64,000 bases of DNA from an uncultured Gammaproteobacteria bacterium. Its GTDB lineage: Bacteria > Pseudomonadota > Gammaproteobacteria > Nitrosococcales > Methylophagaceae. The notes beneath the pieces were generated by a model. It saw nothing but the letters and a program-made list of their open reading frames with translations. It did no database searches and was not told the origin of the DNA. The stretch lies in contig CAJWKF010000001.1 in the NCBI GenBank assembly GCA_913042265.1, positions 1,432-65,431 on the forward strand, in the 5' to 3' direction. Positions 55,749-64,000 of the stretch are shown piece by piece; position 1 is the stretch's first letter; each line of letters begins with the position of its first letter. The position numbers were made by a program, and so were the translations under genes.

Positions 55749-55805
55749 ATGACGGCTTATGCTCCATGTTTTAAAGTGATAAAAAGCATAGTGAGCGTCA
55801 TTTTT
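55749..55805 (+). terminator. orphan two-tier hairpin followed by a T-run in the GST/slyX intergenic region
   Basis: ATGACG...CGTCAT (6 bp) encloses TATGCT...AGCATA (6 bp), followed by TTTT. No upstream + strand gene explains it. Confidence 0.35.
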
Positions 55806-55951
55806 CTAAGTTATTATCAGTAGCTTCATCTGCTATAATTCCAATTAATACGTTTCCTTTTAGGATGTCAATGGAAGTACATGGCTGTGCTCTTGTGTCG
55901 TAAATATTTAAAAGTGCATTTGTCAGATCAATACAATGATGGGGTTTAGGA

Positions 55952-56170
55952 ATGAATAAAAAGGCTGACTTTAATAATGAGATTATCGACTTGCAGACGA
56001 AGTTGTCATTTCAAGATGATTTATTAGAGGATCTAAATCAGGTGGTAACTGAGCAACAACACCAAATTATGTCTCTCAAATCCGCACTAGAAACATTACG
56101 TGTTCAAGTAACAACCTTGCAAACGGACACAACACCTGGCGATGCAAATGAACCGCCGCCTCATTATTAA
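55952..56170 (+). CDS. slyX: SlyX-family coiled-coil protein
   Basis: Size 72 aa with the pattern IIDLQTKLSFQDDLLEDLN...Q typical of SlyX. Confidence 0.85.
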   Translation: MNKKADFNNEIIDLQTKLSFQDDLLEDLNQVVTEQQHQIMSLKSALETLRVQVTTLQTDTTPGDANEPPPHY

Positions 56171-56187
56171 CAGGGCATTGTGAGTAG

Positions 56188-58248
56188 ATGGAACAACGTC
56201 AATGCGTGCTGTTAGTCGGAGATCTGGAGTGGTGTAAAAAGTCATTAGTTCAGTTGCTCCTTGGCTTTGATCCCACAAAGGTTATTTGTTTTTCAGGACA
56301 AGAATTATCTTCCTTGCAGACACTACCACAAAAGCAAGCTAAAACTAAGTTAGGTCATGAGTTTGATGCGGTAGTTTTTGATGCTTTAGTATCAATATGT
56401 CCAGATAGCCTAGGGATTAGTATAGGTACAATAAAAGCTGGCGGTTTATTAATATTGTGTATGCCCATTTTGATAGTTGATGACTTATGGATGAAACGTT
56501 TTAGAAAAGTTATTTATGACTATGTTATAGAAACAGAAGGGTTTTATAAGGTTGAACAAGGTGATACTTTTCCGTTGCTATCGATACCGGAACAGGTTGT
56601 TAATGATTTAAAAAATTCTGAAAGAGGGGACCAATTAAAAGCGGTTGAGGCAATTTACAAAGTTGCCTGCGGTCATCGGCGACGTCCTCTAGTTCTATCA
56701 GCTGATCGAGGTCGTGGAAAGTCAGCGGCATTGGGGATTGCCGCAGCAAGGTTATTGCAAGATGGTAAGAGAAACATTTTGGTTACAGCCCCTAGTTTAG
56801 CGACTGCGGCAACGGTATTTAAGCATGCTGCATTAGTACTTCCCGAAGCAACCGTATCGCAAGGTTTAATATGTTTATTAGGTGCAGAAATACGTTTTAT
56901 TGCACCTGATGCTTTAATAAAATCCACTGCGGTCGTTGATTTATTGCTGGTAGATGAAGCTGCAGCTATTCCGGCGATCATGCTTGAAAAAATGTTAGAG
57001 CAATATTCGCGAATTGTTTTTTCAACAACATTGCATGGCTATGAAGGTACTGGACAAGGTTTTTCGGTCCGATTTAAACAATTATTAGATCAAAAAGCAC
57101 CTGATTGGAGGGCTTATCATTTAGATAAACCAATTCGTTGGCTTGAAGATGATCAATTAGAAGCCATGAGTTTTGATGCATTGTTATTGAATGCCGAACC
57201 TGTTCTGAAGAAGTTAGTTTTCACTGCAACGATAGATAAGTGTGTTGTAGAGAAGCTAGATCGGCAATATTTGATAGAAAATGACCCACTCCTCCGAGAA
57301 TTATTTGGGCTGATGGTTCTCGCTCATTATCGGACAAGACCTTCAGATTTGAAAATGTTGTTAGAGCATGATGGTATGTCAATTTATGCTGTACGTTATC
57401 AAGGGCATATTGTTGGTAGTGCATGGGTGGTGAATGAGGGGGGGCTGAGTGCTGATGTGGCGGAGGGGGTGTATCAAGGAGAGCGGCGTTTACCGGGCAA
57501 TTTACTACCTCAATCGCTGATATCCCATGCCGGTTTAAAGTCTGCAGGTACATTACGATATCGGAGACTTGTACGAATTGTAGTTCACCCGGCATTACAG
57601 AGGAGACGATTGGGAACTGCATTGATAGCTCGAGTCTTTGGCGATTGTGCGGAGGATAATATTGATTTATTAGGAGCAAGCTTTGGAGCAGAAATAGGTT
57701 TAATAGAATACTGGCATCAAGCCGACTTTAGAGCCGTTAGATTAGGAAGCCAACCTGATGTTGTGAGTGGATGTCACTCAATGATGATGATGAAGGCGTC
57801 TTCTAAAAAAGGCGCTGAAGTGTTAGTAAAATTATGTAGTCGTTTTCAAGTGCAATGGCCTATATTGTTATCGACACAGTTTAAAGGTTTGGATACCTTT
57901 CTTGTGTTAAAAATATCTAGTCTAGAAGGAATGAAAGCGGAGTTGATACCAGATTGGGACTGGCAGGATGTGAATAGCTTTGTACATAGTTTGAGAACAT
58001 ATGAGTCATGTCAGGTTTCTTTGATAAAGTTTGCAGGCCTCATTCTTGACAACACCGATATGTTAGCTGGACTCTCAAGCCGTCAGCAGAAGCTTTTAGT
58101 CTTATTGCTGATACAGCAGTACCCCCTGAAAAGTGTTGTTCAGATGCTGAGTTATACCGGAAAAAAAGAATTGCTAGTAGCCTTAAAAGAAGCGATAAGT
58201 CTTCTAATCTCTCTCTCTGGATATGATGTTTTTTATAGTTCTCGCTAG
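56188..58248 (+). CDS. tmcA: tRNA(Met) cytidine acetyltransferase
   Basis: DUF1726/helicase domain with Walker A (ADRGRGKSAALG), LLVDEAAAIP and a GNAT domain (HPALQRRRLGTAL). Size 686 aa. Confidence 0.9.
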   Translation: MEQRQCVLLVGDLEWCKKSLVQLLLGFDPTKVICFSGQELSSLQTLPQKQAKTKLGHEFDAVVFDALVSICPDSLGISIGTIKAGGLLILCMPILIVDDLWMKRFRKVIYDYVIETEGFYKVEQGDTFPLLSIPEQVVNDLKNSERGDQLKAVEAIYKVACGHRRRPLVLSADRGRGKSAALGIAAARLLQDGKRNILVTAPSLATAATVFKHAALVLPEATVSQGLICLLGAEIRFIAPDALIKSTAVVDLLLVDEAAAIPAIMLEKMLEQYSRIVFSTTLHGYEGTGQGFSVRFKQLLDQKAPDWRAYHLDKPIRWLEDDQLEAMSFDALLLNAEPVLKKLVFTATIDKCVVEKLDRQYLIENDPLLRELFGLMVLAHYRTRPSDLKMLLEHDGMSIYAVRYQGHIVGSAWVVNEGGLSADVAEGVYQGERRLPGNLLPQSLISHAGLKSAGTLRYRRLVRIVVHPALQRRRLGTALIARVFGDCAEDNIDLLGASFGAEIGLIEYWHQADFRAVRLGSQPDVVSGCHSMMMMKASSKKGAEVLVKLCSRFQVQWPILLSTQFKGLDTFLVLKISSLEGMKAELIPDWDWQDVNSFVHSLRTYESCQVSLIKFAGLILDNTDMLAGLSSRQQKLLVLLLIQQYPLKSVVQMLSYTGKKELLVALKEAISLLISLSGYDVFYSSR

Positions 58249-58344
58249 GCGTAGTTTTTTTATTTTTCAAATAAAGAAAGCTGGCATAACAGAGTTTCGA
58301 GATATCTAGCATTTGAGTGAGAAGGAGAAAAGATATTATTTGAA

Positions 58345-58683
58345 TTAAGTCTGTATCCAAACCTTACCGTCTTCACTTAATTCAATTGTTAGGCTTGTTA
58401 GTTTCTCACCATTACATGGGCCAGAAATGCAATGGCCATCATTTGGGTTAAATAAGGCGCCATGTGTAGAGCATTGAATATGCGTTTGTTCTAATGATAG
58501 GAAATCATTTGGTTGCCAGTTCAACGGTATATTAAGGTGAGGACATCTGTTTTGATAAGCATAAAGTTTGTTTTCGTATCTTAGTACAAACAATGATAAT
58601 GAGGCTAGTTCTGTGGTGAGTTCAAATTCTCGCGATTGGGCTTCAAGAATATCTTGTTGGTGACAGAGAAAGTGTCGTTGCAT
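58345..58683 (-). CDS. small Rieske [2Fe-2S] protein
   Basis: CPH (RCPHLN) ... CSTHG Rieske ligand boxes plus the disulfide pair CISGPC. Size 112 aa. It starts 2 nt after the kinase stop. Confidence 0.85.
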   Translation of the reverse strand: MQRHFLCHQQDILEAQSREFELTTELASLSLFVLRYENKLYAYQNRCPHLNIPLNWQPNDFLSLEQTHIQCSTHGALFNPNDGHCISGPCNGEKLTSLTIELSEDGKVWIQT

Positions 58684-58685
58684 TG

Positions 58686-59573
58686 TTATTGTTCTTGATA
58701 GTTAAATGAGAGAGTTAAACCAGCGAGGCCAGATTGGTGGCATTTGTGATTGGCTAGCTGGGTAGCATAATCGAGCGCTTGGTGTTGCGGTTTTTTAATG
58801 CATAAAGCATGAATTAAACCCGCATTAAAGGTATCTCCAGCAGCTAGAGTATCGATAATCCCACTATAGCTACTAGGCATTGCATTATGGACTGTACCAG
58901 AATTATCAATGAGCCAAGCCCCGTGGCTTCCCCAAGTACAAGTTGCTATGGTGTCGTGCGGTTTTTTTAAGGTTTGTAGGAAGTCAGCAGGAGTTTTGTT
59001 ATCTTGTTTTCGCACGTAGTCCTCAGAGAAAAGAAGAACAGTGGGCAGATGAAACAAACTAGCAATCTGCGATCGTGATTTTTCTATTTCTAGTGAACAA
59101 GGAATGGATGGGTGATGCTGTTTTAGGTATTGAAGCATGAGGCGTGTTTCTGTAATGTTGCGGCCTTCAAAATGAATCCAATCGTAAGCAGCTAAATCCA
59201 GTGCTTTAAAGCTAGCAAAGCTGTATTCAGGGCAGTCACGAAAATGCACAATTGTCCGACTTCCCGTTTGTTGATCGAGTGTAATATAAGAAGTCGGCAT
59301 TTTCCCATTTACTGCCTTTTGACAGGCACTGATATTAATATTGTATGAAGCTAGATCTTTACGAATGAGTTGAGTGTCGGTTTCATCAATCAGTACGCCA
59401 GCCCAGTAACATTGATGTCCTAGCTGGCTCAGTACTGCAAGAGTATTAGTGGCATTACCTCCTCGTGTTTTATGTTGAGATAGTGCGCGAGTTTCGCTAT
59501 CCATAGGAGGATAGCGTTTGACTGTATTAATAATATCCAGTGTTGCAATACCAACAGCAAGTATTTTAGCCAT
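58686..59573 (-). CDS. PfkB-family sugar kinase closely resembling ketohexokinase
   Basis: AVGIATLDII, RGGNATN, WIHFEGRN and DTLAAGDTFNAG motifs. From memory they line up with animal ketohexokinase (WIHIEGRN, DTLGAGDTFNAS). Confidence 0.8.
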   Translation of the reverse strand: MAKILAVGIATLDIINTVKRYPPMDSETRALSQHKTRGGNATNTLAVLSQLGHQCYWAGVLIDETDTQLIRKDLASYNINISACQKAVNGKMPTSYITLDQQTGSRTIVHFRDCPEYSFASFKALDLAAYDWIHFEGRNITETRLMLQYLKQHHPSIPCSLEIEKSRSQIASLFHLPTVLLFSEDYVRKQDNKTPADFLQTLKKPHDTIATCTWGSHGAWLIDNSGTVHNAMPSSYSGIIDTLAAGDTFNAGLIHALCIKKPQHQALDYATQLANHKCHQSGLAGLTLSFNYQEQ

Positions 59574-59596
59574 GAGAGTTTTTAGTATCGCTTTGC

Positions 59597-60244
59597 TTAA
59601 ATGCTATCGAAAATAGCACTGACCATAGAAGTGATGTTATCGACATCACCCGTTCCGGGTAGGCTATGCAATTTTTTCTGCTGTTGATAATAATTAACTA
59701 GTGGTGAAGTCTGTTCCTGATAGACATTTAAGCGATTACCAATAGTGTCTTCATTATCATCAGCACGTTGAAATAAATTGCCATTGCAGTGGTTACAGTG
59801 GCCTTGTACTTTTGGAGGCGATAAATGAACGTTATAGATGGCGCCGCAGTCAACACATGTACGGCGACCGGTCAAGCGTTGCATTAACTCTTCAAATGGG
59901 ACATCGAGCAAGACAACAGCTTGAAGTGGTTCTTTGAGTGTACTTAACATTAAGTCTAAGGCTTCAGCTTGAGGTATATTTCGAGGAAACCCATCAAGGA
60001 TATAGCCCTGTTGTGCATCATCTTGTGAAATGCGCTCTCTAATAAGGCCAATCACGATATCATCAGAGACCAATGCTCCCGCATTCATAGCAGATTTGGC
60101 TTTTTTGCCAAGTTCACTTCCAGCGATGACAGCTGCACGTAATAGGTCACCGGTCGAAATTTGTGGGATTTTGTATTTTTTAGCAAGTACGACTCCCTGT
60201 GTGCCTTTTCCTGATCCAGGTGCGCCGAGTAGAACTGTTCTCAT
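59597..60244 (-). CDS. adk: adenylate kinase (Cys4 zinc-lid type)
   Basis: P-loop GAPGSGKGTQ. LID contains CVDC...CNHC. ATG 60244 is preferred. Confidence 0.97.
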   Translation of the reverse strand: MRTVLLGAPGSGKGTQGVVLAKKYKIPQISTGDLLRAAVIAGSELGKKAKSAMNAGALVSDDIVIGLIRERISQDDAQQGYILDGFPRNIPQAEALDLMLSTLKEPLQAVVLLDVPFEELMQRLTGRRTCVDCGAIYNVHLSPPKVQGHCNHCNGNLFQRADDNEDTIGNRLNVYQEQTSPLVNYYQQQKKLHSLPGTGDVDNITSMVSAIFDSI

Positions 60245-60376
60245 GAATTGCCTCATTATTTAAAAATAAGCTTATTTGCTGATAGGTTGAAGGTATTAGC
60301 TAGGCGCTAATGCTAATGTGATATTTATGGCGACATAAAATTTTCCGCATGAATCTAGATGTTTTATTAGTCAAAA

Positions 60377-61357
60377 TCATCGGATTTTAGTTGTAGATAA
60401 ACTGACTAAAACTTGACTAAAGCTAGCTCCCAAACGATTTGCAAATTTATCTAAATAATTTGGCCTTGGTGTGTAATCAATAATCTTTTCGGCACCAATT
60501 TTATCTCTTGCTACGGTGCTGCTATTTGCTAAGCCATCAATTAACCCTAGGGGTAAAGCTTGCTCTCCAGACCAAAATAAACCAGAAAACAGGTTCGGTG
60601 TGTTGGCTAAGCGATCGCCTCGACCTTCCTTTACAACTTTAATGAATTGTTGATGGATATTATTAAGCATGCTCTGGGCATGTTCAATATCTTTGTCTTT
60701 TACGGGCAAGAAGGGGTCGAGAAAAGACTTATTTTGGCCAGCTGTAATTGAACGACGTTCTACTCCGAGTTTAGCAATGGTATCAGTAAAGCCAAAGCTA
60801 TCCATCCTAACGCCAATTGAGCCGACAATACTGGCTTTATCTGCATATATTTCCTGAGCGCTTACGGCTATGTAATACCCACCCGAAGCACAGACATCTT
60901 GTATTACAGCAAAAACTGGAAAATCAGGACGTATGGAGCGAAGCCGCTTTACTTCATCATTAATGATACCAGACTGAACTGGACTTCCACCGGGGGTATT
61001 CAATCTAATAATGAGGCCCTTAGCTTGTTGGTTATCGAAGGCATCACGGAGGCCAGCGACGATATTATCAGCATTAGCTTCAGCATCAGCGGCAATAAGA
61101 CCATTGATGTTAACCAAGGCTGTGTGTTTTTCAGAATATGCTTGAATATCTTGATTTGACATGGTCATCATCAAGATAGCAATGAGGTAGATAAAAATAA
61201 AGCCCTTAAAAACATATCCCCAGCGCCGACTTGCACGCTGTTCTTTAATTGCCGCAAAAGCGAGGTCTTGTATAACTTTACGCTCCCATTCATTGCTGTC
61301 TGATGGGGTTTGTTTAGTATCGCTATTTGTGGATGAGAAGTCACCAAATGTGGCCAT
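60377..61357 (-). CDS. sppA: signal peptide peptidase SppA, 36K type (S49)
   Basis: N-terminal TM helix and S49 ClpP-like domain (ASGGYYIA, GSIGV). Size 326 aa. Confidence 0.88.
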   Translation of the reverse strand: MATFGDFSSTNSDTKQTPSDSNEWERKVIQDLAFAAIKEQRASRRWGYVFKGFIFIYLIAILMMTMSNQDIQAYSEKHTALVNINGLIAADAEANADNIVAGLRDAFDNQQAKGLIIRLNTPGGSPVQSGIINDEVKRLRSIRPDFPVFAVIQDVCASGGYYIAVSAQEIYADKASIVGSIGVRMDSFGFTDTIAKLGVERRSITAGQNKSFLDPFLPVKDKDIEHAQSMLNNIHQQFIKVVKEGRGDRLANTPNLFSGLFWSGEQALPLGLIDGLANSSTVARDKIGAEKIIDYTPRPNYLDKFANRLGASFSQVLVSLSTTKIR

Positions 61358-61420
61358 GATTTGCTTGTCCGTATAATTAGGAAATAATAGAGATCATATC
61401 AAAAGTTCGTACTAATGTAG

Positions 61421-62068
61421 TTAATTACTCAGCCACTGTTGGACTTGGTAAAGGTTTTTAGCAATATACTTTGGTTTGCATGCTCGTAGCGCCTCGCTAT
61501 CATGGGCTCCATGAGTGACAGCTATACAGTCTGCACGCGCATTATGAGCCATGTTAAGGTCGTGGCTAGTATCTCCAACCATTAGTGTTCTATTGGGTCT
61601 TACGCCTAAATAGCTCATTAACTGCTCTATCATTTCGGGGTGTGGCTTAGAGTAACATTCATCAACACAGCGTGTAGCATGAAATAAAGGACCTAACAGA
61701 CTGCTCTTTAATACCTTATTAAGCCCTGACCGACCTTTACCTGTAGCGACGCCTAGAAAATAATCTTGCTGGTGTAAGTGATGAATTAATTTAGTTGCAT
61801 TATCAAATAAGGGTGCTTCATAAGGACTATTTAGCCAGTTTTGTTGGTAGTTTAGGCCTAGCTGTTTGCGGTCTGTTTCGGATAAGTCCGGGTATAAAGT
61901 GAAAATAGCTTCATTTAGACCTAAGCCGATTATATTACTCACTGTTCGCTCGGAAAGAGGCGGAAAGACAAGCTGTTTGATGGCCAGTTGCATACAGTTA
62001 ATAATGTGTTGAGTTGAGTCCATGAGAGTTCCATCCCAATCAAAGATGATTAAATCGTATTGTTTCAT
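61421..62068 (-). CDS. HAD-superfamily hydrolase (phosphoglycolate-phosphatase-like, subfamily IA)
   Basis: Motif I FDWDGTL and motif IV VGDTSHD. 4-nt overlap with rluC. Confidence 0.85.
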   Translation of the reverse strand: MKQYDLIIFDWDGTLMDSTQHIINCMQLAIKQLVFPPLSERTVSNIIGLGLNEAIFTLYPDLSETDRKQLGLNYQQNWLNSPYEAPLFDNATKLIHHLHQQDYFLGVATGKGRSGLNKVLKSSLLGPLFHATRCVDECYSKPHPEMIEQLMSYLGVRPNRTLMVGDTSHDLNMAHNARADCIAVTHGAHDSEALRACKPKYIAKNLYQVQQWLSN

Positions 62069-63024
62069 GGTTTATTTCTTAATTCGTTGATAACATTTTC
62101 TAAGCGTTTGGGAAGAGGGGCTTCTATGAGAAGTTTTTTAGAGCTTGTTGGGTGTGAGATACCTAACTTCCATGCGTGTAAAAAAAGACGATTGAGCCCT
62201 ATCTTTTTCATGGCTTTATTGAAGCTACGGTCACCATATTTATCATCACCCGCCAAGGGATGGCCACCGTGTGCAGCATGAACGCGGATTTGATGAGTTC
62301 TACCTGTGAAGAGAACAACTTCTGTGAGTTGAGCATGAGTAAACTGTTCAAGAGGAATGAATAATGATTCAGCATACTTTCCTTCTGGATCAACACGTAC
62401 CATGCGTTCACCAGAAGTAACCGTGTTTTTTTTCAGAGGCTCGATAATACGTCTTTCTTTCTTTCCCGAATTTCCCATTAAGATTGTGAGATAACGTTTA
62501 TCAATATCATGTTCAAGCATTTGTTTTTGTAAGTTGAGTAATGCATGTCTATTCTTTGCTAGAAGTAAGCAGCCCGACGTATCACGATCTAAACGGTGTA
62601 CTAACTCTAAATAAGGGAGTTCAGCCCGGGTGATTCTTAAGGCTTCTATTATACCCTGTTCAATGCCACTTCCTGCATGGACAGCTAGCCCAGAAGGTTT
62701 ATTGAGTATTAGTAGGTCATTATCTTCAAGTAATATGCTTTCATCTAATTGTTTTTTAATATGATGACTTACAGTCGTTAGTGAGCCTTTTTGCCTGGTA
62801 TGAAGTGGGGGAATGCGAACAGAATCACCTAATTCTAGTTTATAGGTTTGTTTTTTTCGCCCTTTGTTGACGCGAACCTCTCCTTTACGAAGCGCACGAT
62901 AAATACGACTTTTTGGCACGCCTTTTTCTAGTGAGAGTATGAAATTATCAAGTCTTTGGCCCTGATTGGCCTCAGTTATTTCAATAAATTGAACAGAAGG
63001 GGTATTATTATCGCTTGAAGTCAT
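62065..63024 (-). CDS. rluC: 23S rRNA pseudouridine synthase RluC
   Basis: S4 domain plus the RluA-family catalytic motif HRLDRDTSG. Divergent from rne as in E. coli and Pseudomonas. Confidence 0.92.
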   Translation of the reverse strand: MTSSDNNTPSVQFIEITEANQGQRLDNFILSLEKGVPKSRIYRALRKGEVRVNKGRKKQTYKLELGDSVRIPPLHTRQKGSLTTVSHHIKKQLDESILLEDNDLLILNKPSGLAVHAGSGIEQGIIEALRITRAELPYLELVHRLDRDTSGCLLLAKNRHALLNLQKQMLEHDIDKRYLTILMGNSGKKERRIIEPLKKNTVTSGERMVRVDPEGKYAESLFIPLEQFTHAQLTEVVLFTGRTHQIRVHAAHGGHPLAGDDKYGDRSFNKAMKKIGLNRLFLHAWKLGISHPTSSKKLLIEAPLPKRLENVINELRNKP

Positions 63025-63582
63025 AGAATCTTTTAGATTGGGTATTGCTGATAGCGGATTGGACTGTTATAGTCGAAGCTTGGTCAGGCTTTATTGGCGG
63101 TAGTATACCGGATTTTTGTAAAGTAAAGGCCGTTAACATAGTAGCGTCGCTCCCAACAGTTGGTAGATGCGGCGGAAGCTAAAAAAATTTTTGAAGTACA
63201 CGTTTGGCATTGGCTAGATGTGATTGCAGCTCTATCCAGAGCAAAAAAACAAGCAGTTCCCACGCACTGGTGAAGTAAAAAAATCACCAAGATAGGACTT
63301 AGGGTCAGTAATTAGAGTTAGTGTAAATATCCGGCATGCTACGCCAAAGGGCGATGCGCCGATATTGAGAAAGGTCGCATAGAAAAACGGCCAAATCAGT
63401 TTTTGTGAGCGATAAAGCAAAAGCTACAAGACAGTAAAGCGATGTGCAGGTTTAAGACGCATTGTAACTAGACATTAATTGCAAAAATGATCATATTGCC
63501 GAGTTTGCTGAAAAGCATTACAGAGCAAACCCTTTCAAAGGAAGGTGAAGTTGACGTGTGGATCTCAATAAGAGGTTAAAGC
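63025..63582 (+). promoter_or_regulatory. rluC/rne divergent promoter region and long rne 5' leader
   Basis: 558 bp of non-coding sequence lie before the rne ATG, with local hairpins (e.g. TGGTGA-N10-TCACCA at 63269..63290). In E. coli the long rne leader mediates autoregulation. Confidence 0.5.
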
Positions 63583-64000
63583 ATGAAACGAATTTTAATT
63601 AATGCAACTCACGATGAAGAGTTGCGAGTAGCGATGATCGATGGTCAGCGCTTGTTTGATCTAGATATTGCTGTTCCATCACGAGAACAAAAAAAAGGCA
63701 ATATTTACAAAGGTAAAATTACTAGGGTTGAGCCGAGCCTAGAGGCAGTATTTGTTGAGTATGGCTCTGAGCGTCAAGGCTTTCTGCCCCTGAAAGATAT
63801 TTCCAATACATATTTCAAACCACGCAAGAATTCAAAGGAAGGTGAATCTAATGGCCGCATTAACGTCCAAGATGTGTTGTCTGTCGGCCAAGAATTAGTT
63901 GTTCAAGTTGAGAAAGAAGAGCGTGGTAATAAAGGCGCCGCACTTACAACACTGATTAGCCTAGCAGGTCGATATTTGGTGCTAATGCCCAATAGTCCCC
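63583..64000 (+). CDS. rne: ribonuclease E, N-terminal part (runs off the window)
   Basis: [29 protein letters not shown]...[23 protein letters not shown] is the S1 domain of RNase E/G. The long leader and rluC neighbour favour rne. Confidence 0.93.
   Translation, partial: MKRILINATHDEELRVAMIDGQRLFDLDIAVPSREQKKGNIYKGKITRVEPSLEAVFVEYGSERQGFLPLKDISNTYFKPRKNSKEGESNGRINVQDVLSVGQELVVQVEKEERGNKGAALTTLISLAGRYLVLMPNSP

Noticed and set aside
63084-63420. Two overlapping minus-strand ORFs (68 and 62 aa) in the rluC-rne intergenic region.
   Set aside because: They lack RBS and motif support, have Cys/Phe-rich odd composition, and lie in the region expected to be the rne leader.

Overview
This window is a contiguous, densely coding stretch (about 90% coding) of core chromosome from a moderately AT-rich Gammaproteobacterium (roughly 40% GC by eye, not computed). 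The gene order resembles Pseudomonas-, Methylococcales- or Thiotrichales-type genomes: rne<>rluC-HAD-sppA, surE-pcm-nlpD, prfB-lysS, aminotransferase-hom-thrC, serC-serA, rph<>yicC-gmk-rpoZ-spoT-ridA-recG, ubiCA and bioBFHCD. I support about 60 CDS, mostly housekeeping functions: topoisomerase IV, GlnRS, LysRS, RF2 with its programmed +1 frameshift, Thr/Ser/biotin/ubiquinone biosynthesis and the stringent response. I saw no rRNA, tRNA, CRISPR array, transposase, integrase, phage gene or obvious defence island. No large block of unknown-function genes is present, so no clearly novel multi-gene system can be claimed. The parts I would look at again, in order: (1) an orphan, Tat-exported SoxY/SoxZ-like pair whose SoxY has no cysteine at all; (2) an adk-linked operon pairing a eukaryote-type ketohexokinase-like PfkB kinase with a small Rieske protein; (3) an ovoA-ovoB ovothiol operon; (4) a second Pcm paralogue-rhodanese-TolC-isochorismatase cluster; (5) a six-gene TonB2/TtpC-type energiser cluster; (6) a two-gene NAD-type formate dehydrogenase behind a 465-bp AT-rich leader. 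There are also several small structural oddities. All functional calls come from reading motifs and remembered family similarity in the supplied translations. No database search was run.
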